Shown: piece after piece, positions 1-11,019 of the stretch | How positions within the stretch are numbered: the stretch's first letter is position 1 | Layout of the letters: every line of letters starts with the position of its first letter | Assembly: GCF_009914755.1 (NCBI RefSeq) | Contig: NC_060927.1 | Source: the human T2T-CHM13v2.0 reference genome, Homo sapiens | Strand: one strand, 5' to 3' | DNA length: 64,000 nucleotides | Position numbers and translations under genes: made by a program | The notes under the pieces: model-generated | The model's input: only the letters and a program-made list of their open reading frames with translations | The model's database searches: none | What the model was told of the DNA's origin: nothing

Positions 1-244
1 TGTTCTGAAGACCAAAACTGGTCAATACTTGTCCTCAGTTTCTCTGAAAACTGAATCATGCATCATGAGAATTCCCTTCTCTAGTAGGAGAGCTCTTCAA
101 AGCAATCATTTTCTTTATTAGCAAGTGTGGGTGTCTTCATAAACTTCTGGATTTGTTTCCAGGGTCTGGTTAACAAAGGATAGGATCTCATATGGCACTC
201 ATAGCAAATCTGAAATAGGTGGGGCTGACACTATCTGTTGTTTC

Positions 245-362
245 TATTTTGCAGATACTCATGAAACTGAGGCTCAGAGAGTGTGCATGACTTACGCAAG
301 CTCACACAGCTAAGTAACAATTATACTTGGATGAGATCTGGGTGTTCTGTTGTCCAGTCCAA
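245..362 (-). mobile_element. MIR SINE fragment
   Basis: Core 'ttttgcagat..gaaactgaggctcagagag..aagctcacacagctaagta' matches the reverse-complement MIR core. Confidence 0.7.
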
Positions 363-812
363 TATCACGTTGTACATTAAGACTTGAGTCATGCCAGTAT
401 CCCTATGATCATAGTCACACTTTTATCATCTAACCTCGAATCCTTAAACCTTAATATTCATTTCTCTTAGAAAAATAAAACATGGTAGAACTCAACTTCT
501 GTACTGAATACAATCTGACACCACTCTGAATAGAGAAGCTCCAGGAAGCCATTCTGGTGGGTGGCGAAAGGTCACAGGAGGTGCAGTGTTTGAAAAAGCA
601 ATACAGATTTCAACAATCAGGTTATTAAGCAAAAATTCTTAGATAAGCTTTCTAATCCTATCAAGGGCTTACTCCTATTCCCCACTCAGCTGGCAAAGTT
701 CAATTACATTGTAGGTCAAAATTAACACTGCAGGGGAAAGATTTTATTGTTTTGCTCTCATTCAGGCTAAGTATTTGACTCCTTGTGGATAGTAAGCATC
801 AGTGTTTCAAAA

Positions 813-852
813 GTGTGTGTGTGTAAGAGAGAGAGAGATGGAGAGAGAGAGA
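813..852. repeat. Compound (TG)n(AG)n microsatellite
   Basis: gtgtgtgtgtgtaagagagagagagatggagagagagaga. Confidence 0.9.
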
Positions 853-2374
853 ATATCTGTACTGTTTTCAAGTCCTGGCTATTATATAGTAAATTTTAAA
901 TGTCTTAAACTTGGTTAATCACTCTGATTGATATTTTGTGTTCCAGTTGTCAAAAAGAAAGAAAGAAAAAACAAAAACAAAGAAAAGGGGAGCAAAAATG
1001 GAAATATTTGAAAAAAGAGGGGCATATGAACATAGATACATGTATTATCTTTACAATGTTTATAGTATAGTTAATAAAGGAATTTTACCCACCTACATTG
1101 CTAATTTATTCCTGAACACTACTCCATGTACAAAGTAGGCAGGGTAAGTACACATATCAGCATTTTTTTAAAGATAAACAGAAACGCAGAATCAGATCTA
1201 GAGTCCTGTTTGGGAGCCTCTAGTTCATGTCATTTTTGCATGAATATTAGCCTTCCCTTACATAGTGTTCGCCAGTATAAGACGCCATTAAAAATGCTTT
1301 ATGTTGACTCACGTAATATATAGCTGTACCTACTCTGATTCAAAACACAACTGAACTTTATCAGTTTTATACAAACCATGTATTTAGTTTTATACAAACT
1401 GAAATAATCCATGGTAGGGAAGGAGTGTTAATTTAGGGGGAAAAAAGTGAACCATTGGCTATGGCTATATAAATAATACAATTTTCAATGGTTGTGCTGA
1501 ATTTGCACAACACTGAACACTTTTAAAAAAACTTTCTCACATGCAGTACCTTTCATTCTCACTGGAGTCCCATGAGGTGTCACTTTCCCCATTAGACATG
1601 GGGTAGCAGGAGCTGAGGCTCTGTGTTCTGGAACTAAGTCAAATTAGTGACGCATGCCCAGTTCTGCAGGTGGGTGGCAGATCTTGTGGGTGGTAGATGT
1701 TGGGGAAAATGGGAAAAGTAAGGACTGGAAAGTGGAGTGGCATGGAGAGGGAACCCTAGTGGGGCAGAAGGCTCAGATGACAAAGTCCTTTGAAGTGAGG
1801 TGAAGACTTGTCTGAGTAGTGGTGGGATTCATCCTTTTGCTTTGTGCTTTAGCCTTTAATGACATCCATCTCCCTCATCTTCCAGATTTATGCTCTTTCA
1901 TTATGAACCCATTATGTGCTCAAGAGACTGTGCACTGCAGATATTCTCCTCGCAGAGCCCTTGTAATTCTGCCTGCACCCATGTTCAGAATCCAATTGAG
2001 AAAAGAAGGCCAGTGGGGTGGGAGCTGGGGGACCAGCAGCCATTGTCTCCTGTGGCAGCCTGATGGGATAGATTTTTCACAGGGATGCACAGGCTGAAAC
2101 GTGTGTGTCCACTGAATTCATGGTGACAGCTCTGCTACCTCCATGACTGAGCACTGGGGTCATCCACCCAATTCAGTCCCTTAGTTGCCAGTGTCTTGGG
2201 GCAAGGTGAAGTCACAGAGTGTGGGCCAGGACTTAGGTTTCCAACTATCACTCAGCAAATATACCCAGCCTTATCATTTAATTTTTCACTCTAACAATTA
2301 CTTATCAAGCACTGAAAATCAACACCATGTCAAAAGCTGAATACGGGGGTAAACTTTCATTTATTTTGCAAATA

Positions 2375-2605
2375 CTTACACAACACTTACTACATGCTAT
2401 GCACTGGTTTAATTGCTTTATTATTAATACATAACTTAATCTTCACTCCAATAATAAGAGGCATATTATTATCTTCATTTCACAGATGAAAAAACTAAGA
2501 TACAGAAAAGTTAAGAAACTTGTTTGAGATCACACAGCTAGTGACATTTAGAGCTGGAATTTGAATCTATGCTGTATAGCTCCAGAGTGGATACTATTAA
2601 CCACC
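2375..2605 (-). mobile_element. MIR SINE, near full length
   Basis: 'ttattatcttcatttcacagatgaaaaaactaag..gatcacacagctagtgac..gagctggaatttgaatc' follows the MIR consensus. Confidence 0.8.
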
Positions 2606-3829
2606 GCCTTTCAAAATCTCTGCCTTAAGTATTTCATAGTCCAGAAAGTCAGACAAATAGTCATGGTAGATTATAATGATTATTGCAGTTGGGATATAGA
2701 CAAAGTACTGTAAAGAAGCCGAGTTTGAACAGTTGTACTGACTGCCTGGGTCCCTGCACTTTTCTGATCCTGGTACTTACTCTTCTTGGTCCCTCACACT
2801 CTATTCTCACTAGCTTCCTGCTGACCTTGTCCCATATCTGACCCAGAGACCAACTCTTATCACTGTAAGGGGGATTTATGGCTTCTTATGCCAGCAGTGC
2901 AGGACACTTGGCATCAAGACAGCCTGACGGCTCATCCTGTGTAGATCCATGCTCTCTAAATGGGTTCCTCCTGCCCAACTCTTCTGATCAAGCCCCATCT
3001 CATATAATTGGTCCAGAAATTACAGCCTCTGCCTTGGGTCCTGCTCAGACTCTCTGGAAAGTACACTGATCTCTCTCTGTTTGGGATGAACAAGAAGGGG
3101 ATCTGGCTGAAACATCTGAGTCTTCATCTAGGACCAGGGCTTATTGCACTCTTCAGACTACTTAAGTAGGTGGCTCCTTCCTTCCTCATTGCCTCAAGTG
3201 GGTTCCTCCAGTGCTTGGACATGAAGGCTGCCCTTCTCTGTGGAAGGGGGCCTCTTTCCAGTCAATGATAACTGGACATTTTCCCACTGGAATGTATAAA
3301 CAAGCTTTGAGGTCTCAAACTCCTTAGGACTAAAGCTCTGTCGTCTCTCTCCAACCCTTTCTCCAACTGTATATCTGAGGTCCCGGGACTTGCTGACTGA
3401 TGTCGCCACCATTGTCTGCCCATTTCAGACACCTGCCTTACCACTCTCCTTCCCCAAGTCACATGCCAGGACTGCCATCTGTCTCCATACCCTGCATATC
3501 CTATGGTCCATTTATCACAACCCTCTCATGTCCTCTGCAACTGTTTCTAGAAGATCACCCTGATGTCTCCTCCAGCAACTTCTGCAATTACAAGCAATTC
3601 ATCAGCAGTCTTCATGCTTGGACTGTTTATTTATATCAAATTCTAGCCATTGGCCTCACTTTATTTTTTTAGGTGTTTGATCTCAAGAAAATCAACCATT
3701 TCTGACACTCAAGACACTGGCATTTTCTCTTAGCTTTTTCTTCTGCATCCATAAAACAGAGGGCTCCATCATGTAATCAAAGGGAGCAAGAGGCAGAGGT
3801 TTCGTCCTAAGGCATCTGATAAATACATT

Positions 3830-3934
3830 TAATCTTTATTTTAGTGTTTTTAGATATGCTAGGCACTCTATTATATTTTTATTTTCACTTTCTTATCCAT
3901 CCTTACAAAACTCTTTTAAATTGGTAGTTATTAT
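3830..3934 (-). mobile_element. MIR SINE piece 1 (continues at 5297-5335, 16833-16858 and 17538-17590)
   Basis: The four pieces are collinear with the reverse MIR consensus: ..ggtagttattat | atatcaccattttacaaatgagaaac | gtcatagaggtaataattgatggagc | cagttctcaaacccaggtctgtctgattc. Confidence 0.75.
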
Positions 3935-4278
3935 TGTAACCACCCAAGGGGTTCTTCCTGCCCATTGCATAAAGAAAGACCACAGTATTATAGTAGAGAA
4001 AGAGTTTAATAGACACGAGGCATGCCACGCCACATGGGAGATGGAGTTCCTACTTAAATTATCTTGCCAGAAGCTCCTAGGTTAGAGGATCTTCAAAGGC
4101 AGTTTGAGGGAAGGGGTAGGGGTGGCTAGGTAACAGCTGCTTGCTGCTGATTGGTTGGAGTGGAGATAAAATCATGGGGCTCAAAGATGTCCTCCTGAAG
4201 ACTGAATCACTTCTGGGTGGGCCACAGGAGCTGGGTTGGCAGTTCAAGTGGAGCCATCGGGTCCAGGTGGAGCCATGG

Positions 4279-4907
4279 TATCAGAGTGTTCAAACCAAAG
4301 TGACTCCATCTTGAATAGGAGCTGGGTAAAATAAGACTGAGACCTACTGATCTGCTGTCTCAGGAGGTTAGGCATTCTTAGTCAGAGGATGAGATAGGAG
4401 GTCGGCACAAGATACAGTCACGAAGGCCTTCCTCATAAAAGAGGATGCGGCAAAGGAGCCAGCCAAAACCCTTTTAAACCAAGATGGTGTTGAAAGTGAC
4501 CATTGGTCCTCATTGCTCATTATATGCTAATTACAATACATTAGCATGCTAAAGGACACTCCCACCAGCACCACGACAGTTTATAAATGCCATGGCAACA
4601 TCAGGAAGTTACCCTGTATAGACTAAAAAGGAGAGGAACCCTCAGTTCCAGGAATTGCCCACTTCTTTACCAGGAAATTCATGAATAATCCACACCTTGT
4701 TTAGCATGTAATCAAGAAGTAACTAGAAGTATATTCAGTTGAGCAGTACATGCCACTGCTCTGCCTATGGAGTGGCCATTCTTTATTCCTTTACTTTCTT
4801 AATAAACTTGCTTTCACTTTACTCTATGGACTCACTCCAAACTCTTTCTTACATGAGGTCTAAGAACCCTGTCTTGGGGTCTGGATCGGGACTCCTTCCC
4901 AGTAACA
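4279..4907 (+). mobile_element. MER41B solo LTR (ERV1)
   Basis: tatcagag...gactccatcttgaatagg...aataaacttgctttcac...ggtctggatcgggactccttcccagtaaca; perfect TSD ATGG (4275-4278 / 4908-4911). Confidence 0.9.
4646..4654. promoter_or_regulatory. GAS/STAT motif TTCCAGGAA inside MER41B
   Basis: TTC-N3-GAA at the position of the first of the tandem MER41B STAT1 sites; the second site is degenerate (ttaccaggaa). Confidence 0.6.
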
Positions 4908-5610
4908 ATGGGTATCAGACGTGCAAAAACCTCAAAAGATATCTCAATAGTCCAATCTACAATAGGGGTGTTATTTGCAGGAGTAATTGGGGAATTTGCA
5001 TATTTTATAACCTCTGGAATAATGGCTAACAATCTTATGTCAATTATGCCTGCACCTTTACAGGACTCAGGTTCCTCTCCGCCCCACAGCCTGATGGCCT
5101 CGCATTAGCTTTATAAAAGTGGTTGAGTTTTGCGGCAAGGCCTATTATCATTTAAACGATAGCCTACATGTCTTCCAAAGTTAGCTCAGCCCAACAGCCC
5201 AGGAATAATTAAGGGAATGGCAAGAAGGTGGGGGGTGACATTTCATCTTATTGTTATAATTTTCTAACTGATATAATTTTTGCAAAGCCAGTTTCAATAT
5301 CACCATTTTACAAATGAGAAACTTAGGAGTAAAGCATTTAAAGGTTTAAAAGTATATTTTAAAGGAGCTCAATGGTTAAAAGTCACCTTTATTAAAAGGT
5401 TAACATCCAAGATGTGTGTGTGTTTGTGTGTGTATGTGCATGTTTGTATTTAAAAGGCCTTCATGTCTTCATGTTTTTGTTTGTTTTTCTCTCTTAGGAC
5501 CTTGTCTTATTTTGAGCAAAAGTTTCTTTTTCTTCTCTGTTGACTGAATTTGGTTTTCACCTGATTTTTTGACTAAAACAGTTATTGCAACAGAGGCTAC
5601 TTTTGTGTTT

Positions 5611-5681
5611 GTAAGCCTTTATTTATATGACAAAATGTAATGACCCACCAAACACATGCCTACCATATAGTCAAACCCAGC
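5611..5681 (+). pseudogene. Micro-NUMT: mitochondrial ATP6 3' end / COX3 5' start
   Basis: Reads VSLYLYDKM* overlapping (TAATG) MTHQTHAYHMVKPS in the mitochondrial code; human mtDNA (recalled) reads VSLYLHDNT* / MTHQSHAYHMVKPS. Confidence 0.85.
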
Positions 5682-5726
5682 TTTTTTTTTTCTCTAAATT
5701 AAAGAGAAATAATTTAAGGAAGAGTG

Positions 5727-6139
5727 TTTCATGCGCGTCGGTGTGAAGAGACCACCAAACAGGCTTTGTGTGAGCAATAAAGCTGTTTATTTCACCTGGG
5801 TGCAGGCGGGCTGAGCCCGAAAAGAGAGTCAGCGAAGGGAGATAGGGGTGGGGCTATTTTATAGGATTTCAGTAGGTAAAGGAAAATTACAGTCGAAAGG
5901 GGATTGTTCTCTGGTGGGCAGAGTGGGGGTCACAAGGTACTCAGTGGGGGAGCTTTTGAGCCAGGATGAGCCAGGAGAAGGAATTTCACAAGACAATGTC
6001 ATCAGTTAAGGCAGGAACAGGCCATTTTCACTTCTTTTGTGGTGGAATGTCAGCAGTTAAGGCAGGAACCGGCCATCTGGATGTGTACCTGCAGGTCACA
6101 GGGGATATGATGGCTTAGCTTGGGCTCAGAGGCCTGACA
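5727..6139 (-). mobile_element. HERV-H 3' LTR (LTR7)
   Basis: Reverse strand TGTCAGGCCTCTGAGCCCAAGCTAAGCC...GCGCATGAAA; preceded by PPT AGAAGACAGGAA (6140-6151). Confidence 0.95.
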
Positions 6140-6149
6140 TTCCTGTCTT

Positions 6150-6740
6150 CTTATATTAATAAGAAAAATAAAATGAAATAGTGGTAAAGTGTTGAGGTGG
6201 CGAAAATTTTGGGGGGTGGTATGGAGAGATAATGGGTGATGTTTCTCAGGGCTGCTTCGAGCGGGATTGGGGCGGCGTGGGAACTTAGAATGGGAGAGAT
6301 TAAGCTGAAGGAAGATTTTGTGGTAAGAGGTGATATTGTGGGGTTGTTAGAAGAAACATTTGTCATTTAGAATTATTGGTGATGGCCTGGATACAGTTTT
6401 GTATGAATTGAAAACTAAATGGAATAAGGAGAAAAACAGGTATAAAAGGTCTAAATATTGGGACGACTCGGGACATCTGATTAGAGAGTGCCTGAGGAGA
6501 TTCAGCATAGTCCTGCCAGCAAAGATTATTTATTTACTTCAAGAGTTAAGAGTGGTAGTTTGAGGATAGCACCAGGTGATATCAGCTGTGATGGCTTGGA
6601 GAAACAGTGTAAACAGGCAGTGTAAACAAGAGCAGGGCATGTATGAGTAGTTGAGAACGGTGAATAGGAGTATGACTAGACAGAAGATAGTAGGGATGAC
6701 AAGTTTTTTTGGGGGCACAGTCTAAGTTGGTCTGGTGTCT
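6150..6740 (-). pseudogene. env: HERV-H env remnant (largely deleted) and 3' UTR
   Basis: Reverse translation near 6320-6420 gives FQFIQNCIQAITNNSK*QMFLLTTPQYHLLPQ, resembling the HERV-H Env TM C-terminus. Confidence 0.75.
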
Positions 6741-6749
6741 GGAATGAGA

Positions 6750-7650
6750 CTGGGGCCTAATAAAAAGGAGCGTCTATACAGGAGCTCAAATGGGCTGTAC
6801 CTTGTAGCATTCTGACGACAGGTCTGACTTCTGAGAAGGGAAAGTGGTAAAAGTATTGTCCAGTCCTTTTTAAGTTGGTGGCTGAGCTTGGTGAGGTGTG
6901 TTTTTAAAAGACCTTTAGTCCATTCTACTTTTCCTGAAGATGGAGGACCGTAAGGGATATAAAAGTTTCACTGAATACTAAGAGCCTGAAAAACTGCTTG
7001 GCTGATTTGACTAATAAAGTCTGGTCTGTTATCAGACTGTATAGAGGTGAGAAGGCTAAACTGAGGAATCATGTCTGACAGAAGGGAAGAAATGACTGCA
7101 GTGGACTTCTCAGACCCTGTAGGAAAGGCCTCTACCTATCCAGTGAAAGTGTCTACCTAGACTAAGAGGTATTTTAGTTATTTGACTCAGGGCATGTTGA
7201 GTAAAGCTAATTTGCCAGTCCTGGGTGGGGGCAAAACCTCGAGCTTGATGTGTAGGGAAGGGAGGGGGCTTGAATAATCCCTGAGGAGTAGTAGAATAGC
7301 AGATGGAACACTGAGAAGTTATTTCCTTGAGGATAGATTTCCACGATGGAAAGGAAATGAGAGGTTCTAAGAGGCGGGCTAGTGGCTTGTACCATAGCAT
7401 AGCCTGCCTTTGCTGGTGTGTGGCGATTAGGCCTGGTGGAACTGCCATCAATAAATCAAGCGTGATCAGGGTGAGGAACAGGAAAGAAGGAAATATGGGG
7501 AAATGGGGTGAATGTCAGGTGGATCAGAGAGATACAGTCATGGGGGTCAGGTGTGGTATCAGGAATAATGTGGGAGGCCGGATTGAAGTCTGGGCCAGGA
7601 ACAATGGTAATTGTGGGACTTAACAAAGAGTGAGTACAGCTGAAGGAGCC
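6750..7650 (-). pseudogene. pol: HERV-H pol RNase H/integrase remnant
   Basis: ORF 7110-7451 contains ITSQCSICYSTTPQG (CxxC of integrase HHCC) and QDWQI; frameshifted and deleted. Confidence 0.8.
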
Positions 7651-7989
7651 AGGGAGCAGAAAGTATATGCGTCAGGTATGAGGAAGAAAATAGATTTTGG
7701 AAGTTATGAGAAATGTAGAGAGTAAGTTGAGCATCGTTTGTGATTTTGAGGACCTCTAAAAGTATTAGGGCAGCAGCGGCAGCTGCATGGAGACATGAGG
7801 GCTAGGCTAAAACAGTAAGGTCAAGTTGTTTGGACAGAAAGGCTACAGGGTGTGGTCCTGGCTCTTGTGTAAGAATTCTGACCACGCTAACCATGCCTAG
7901 GAAGGAAAGGAGTTGTTGTTTTGTAAGGGATTGAGGTTTGGGAGATTAATCGGACATGATCAGCAGGGAAAGCACGTGTGTTTTTATGA

Positions 7990-8512
7990 GAATTATGCCG
8001 AGATAGGTAACAGATGAGGATGAAATTTGGGCTTGACTGAAGTAATGGGGGCTGTCTGTGAAGCCTTGCGGCAGTACAGCCCGGGTGACTTGCTGAGCCT
8101 AATGGGTGTCAGGGTCAGTCCAAGTGAAAGCAAAGAGAGGCTGGTATGAGGGGTGCAGGGGAATAGTGAAAAAAGCATCTTTAAGATCAAGCACGGAATA
8201 GTGAGTTGTGGAGGAAGGTATTGAGGACAAAAGAGTGTACGGGTTGGGCACCACAGGATGGATAGGCAAAACAATTTGGTTGATAAGGCTCAGATCCTGA
8301 ACTAATCTGTAAGACTTGTCCGGTTTTTGGACAGGTAAAATGGGGGAATTGTAAGGAGAGTTTACAGGCTTTAAAAGGCCATGCTGTAGCAGGCAAGTGA
8401 TAACAGGCTTTAATCCTTTCAAAGCATGCTGTGGGATGGGATATTGGCATTGAGCAGAGTAAGGGTGATTAGGTTTTAATGAGATGGTAAGGGGTGCATG
8501 ATCGGTCGCCAA
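7990..8512 (-). pseudogene. pol: HERV-H pol reverse-transcriptase remnant
   Basis: SPYNSPILPVQKPDKSYRLVQDL..VPNPYTLL..YSVLDLKDAFFTIPLHP..FAFTWTDP, then frameshift to LPQGFTDSPHYF; YxDD region deleted. Confidence 0.93.
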
Positions 8513-8559
8513 GGAGGGAGTAGACGTATCTTATACTTGTGGGTTAAGGTGGGGGAATA

Positions 8560-8889
8560 CAAGAGGAGGATGCAAAGGAGGCTTTGGATTGGGAAGAAGG
8601 GCAGCAATGAGATGTAGCTGTAATCCAGGAATAGTCAGGGAAGCAGATAATTTAGTTGAAGTGTCTCGGCCTAATAAGGGAACTGGGCAGGTGGGGATAA
8701 CTAAAAGGAGTGCTTAAAAGAGTATTGTCTAAATTGGCACCAGAGTTGGGGAGTTTTAAGAAGTTTAGAAGCCTGTCTGTCAATACCCACAACAGTTATG
8801 GAGGCAAAGGAAACAGGCCCTTGAAAATAAGGTAATGTGGAGTGAGTAGCCTTGGTATTGATTAAGAAGGGGACAGACTTACCCTCCAC
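8560..8889 (-). pseudogene. pro: HERV-H protease remnant
   Basis: FLINTKATHSTL (degenerate DTGA active site) ..ITVVGID..KTPQLWCQ. Confidence 0.8.
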
Positions 8890-8969
8890 TGTGAGAGTTA
8901 CCTGAAGCTCAGCGTCCGTGATGGTCTAGGGGGCTTCCGAGGTGATTGGGCAGCGTCAGTCTTCAGCTG

Positions 8970-10120
8970 CTAAGCCAAGAAGATCTGGGAAGCAGTCAGA
9001 GAGCCTTGGGCCAGAGTTCCAGGAGCTCTGGGAGTGGCTGCCAGGTGAGTTGAACAGTCTGATTTCCAGTGGGGTCCGGCACAGATGGGACACAGCTTAG
9101 GAGGAATCCTGGGCTGCAGGCATTCCTTGGCCTGGTGGCCAGATTTCTGGCACTTGTAGCAAGCTCCTGGGGGAGGAGGTTCTGGAGGAACGCCTGGCCA
9201 CTGCGGTTCAGGCGTTTGGAAGTTCTTGTGTGCTGGAGGTGTGGCTGGGGTTTGTCTCACAGTGGAGGCAAGGAATTGCAACTCTTTTCTATTATTGTAC
9301 ACCTTGAAGGCGAGGTTAATTAAATCCTGTTGTGGGGTTTGAGGGCTGGAATTTAATTTTTGGAGTTTTATTTAATGTCGGGAGCAGATTGGGTAATAAA
9401 ATGTATTTTGAGAATAAGATGGCCTTTTGACCTTTCAGGGTCTAGGGCTGTAAAGTATCTCAGGGTTGCTGCCAAATGAGTCATGAACTGGGCTGGGTTT
9501 TTCATATTTGATGAAAGAGCCTAAACGCTCACTGATTTGGGAGAGGTCTGATAAAGAAAAAGGAGCATTAACCTTGACTATGCCTTTAGCTTCAGCCACC
9601 TTTTTAAGAGTAAATTGCTGGGCAGGTGAGGGCTAGTCACGGAACGAAACTGTAAGCCGGACGGGGTGTGAGGAGGGGAGGTGATAAAAGGATTATAGGG
9701 TGGAGGAACAGGGGCTGAGGAAGAATTGGGACTTAGCTTGGCCTGGTGACAAGCAGCCTGAGGAGGAGGGGAAAGATCAGATGGGTCTGTAGAAAAGGAA
9801 GACTGGAAAGACTCAGCGACGCTTGGGGTTGGGACTAAGGGGACAGGTGGGAGGGAAAGAAGGAGGATTTGGTAGGAATTGCATTGGGAACAGAGACTAG
9901 AGAGGGACTGATGTGTAAAAGAACACCTGGACATCAGGCACCTCAGATCATTTGCCCATTTTATGACAAGAATTATTTAGATCTTGTAGGATGGAAAAAT
10001 TGAAAGTGCCATTTTCTGGCTATTTGGAACTACTGTCAAGTTTGTATTGGGGTCAAGCGGCATTGCAGAAGAAAATAAGATGCTTAGATTTTAGGTCAGG
10101 TGAGAGTTGAAGAGGTTTTA
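8970..10120 (-). pseudogene. gag: HERV-H gag remnant (proline-rich region and NC with two zinc knuckles)
   Basis: PPPY late-domain motif in ORF 9578-9934; CYKCQKSGHQAKEC and CPICAGPHWKSDC in ORF 8970-9302. Confidence 0.88.
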
Positions 10121-10199
10121 AGTTCTTAAGAACACAAGCTAAGGGAGAAGAAGGAGGAATGGAGGGTGGAAGTTTGCCCATAGTGAAGGAGGCAAGCCC

Positions 10200-10590
10200 A
10201 GAGAAAAGAGAGAGACATGGAGGGAAGGGGTTTGGGGGTTCTTACCCTCCAGAAAAGTGGGAAAGGGGTTGGGACACAGAGATACAAGGTCAGGGCATGG
10301 AAATAAGGGATTGGGGCACAGAGATAAGAGGTCAGTGCACAGAAATAAGGGATTGGGGTACAAAGATGTAAGAGGTTGGGGCATGGAAATAAGGGATTGG
10401 GGCACAGAGATACGAGGTTGGGGTACTTGCCCCTCCTCTAGAAAAGTGGGACTTGCCACTAAAAGTGAAGGAGAAGGGGTTGGGGGTTTCTTGTCCCCCA
10501 GAAAGGCAGAGAAGGGGTACAGACATGGAGAGAAGGGGTTGGGGTACTTGCCCCTACCCCAGAAAAGCAGGACTTGCCGCTAAGGGTGAA
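10200..10590. repeat. G-rich imperfect tandem repeats of the HERV-H 5' leader
   Basis: Repeated ggaaataagggattggggcacagagata and aggggttggggtacttgcccct..agaaaag..ggacttgcc units. Confidence 0.8.
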
Positions 10591-10867
10591 GGACCAAGGC
10601 AGGCATCCCTGCGTGGTCTGACACCTCTGAAACCTGGGTGAATAATCAGAGCAGTGTCCCTGCAATGATTAAACACCAAGGGAAGGCTGCCTTCCCTAGT
10701 CCGTGACCGGCGCTGGGGTTTTGGGTCCACGGATAAAACGTGTCTCCTTTGTCTCTACCAGAAAATGAAAGGAATTGAAATTAAAAGAAGGGAGAGATTG
10801 AAGAGTGGAAAGGAGAAAGTGGTTGAGGGACAGTGAGAGAGGTTGGAGAAGAGAGTAAAAAGAGGCC

Positions 10868-10876
10868 GCTTACCAG
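10868..10876 (-). promoter_or_regulatory. HERV-H major splice donor (CTG|GTAAGC)
   Basis: Reverse strand AAATCTG/GTAAGCGG ~145 nt downstream of the 5' LTR. Confidence 0.7.
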
Positions 10877-10999
10877 ATTTGAAATTGATGAGATGTTTCT
10901 TGGGCTGGTTGGTCTGAGGACCTGAGGTCATAGGTGGATCTTTCTCATGGAGCAAAGAGCAGGAGGACAGGGGATTGATCTCCCAAGGGAGGTCCCCCG

Positions 11000-11017
11000 A
11001 TCCGAGTCATGGCACCA
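11000..11017 (-). other. Primer binding site, tRNA-His
   Basis: TGGTGCCATGACTCGGAT next to the 5' LTR (one mismatch to TGGTGCCGTGACTCGGAT). Confidence 0.92.
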
Positions 11018-11019
11018 AA

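Larger units (their letters stand above)
3935..5296 (-). mobile_element. ERV1 MER4-group solo LTR (MER50/LTR8-like), interrupted by MER41B
   Basis: + strand tgtaac...tttca termini; reverse start TGAAACTGGCTTTGCAAAAATTAT; clearly homologous to 16859-17537; imperfect 4-bp TSD ttat/atat. Confidence 0.8.

Noticed and set aside
1363-1399. 14-bp direct repeat agttttatacaaac x2
   Set aside because: Small AT-rich local duplication with no further structure.
8099-8512. Functional reverse transcriptase or novel RT system
   Set aside because: Standard HERV-H pol fragment; frameshifted, with the catalytic YxDD region deleted.
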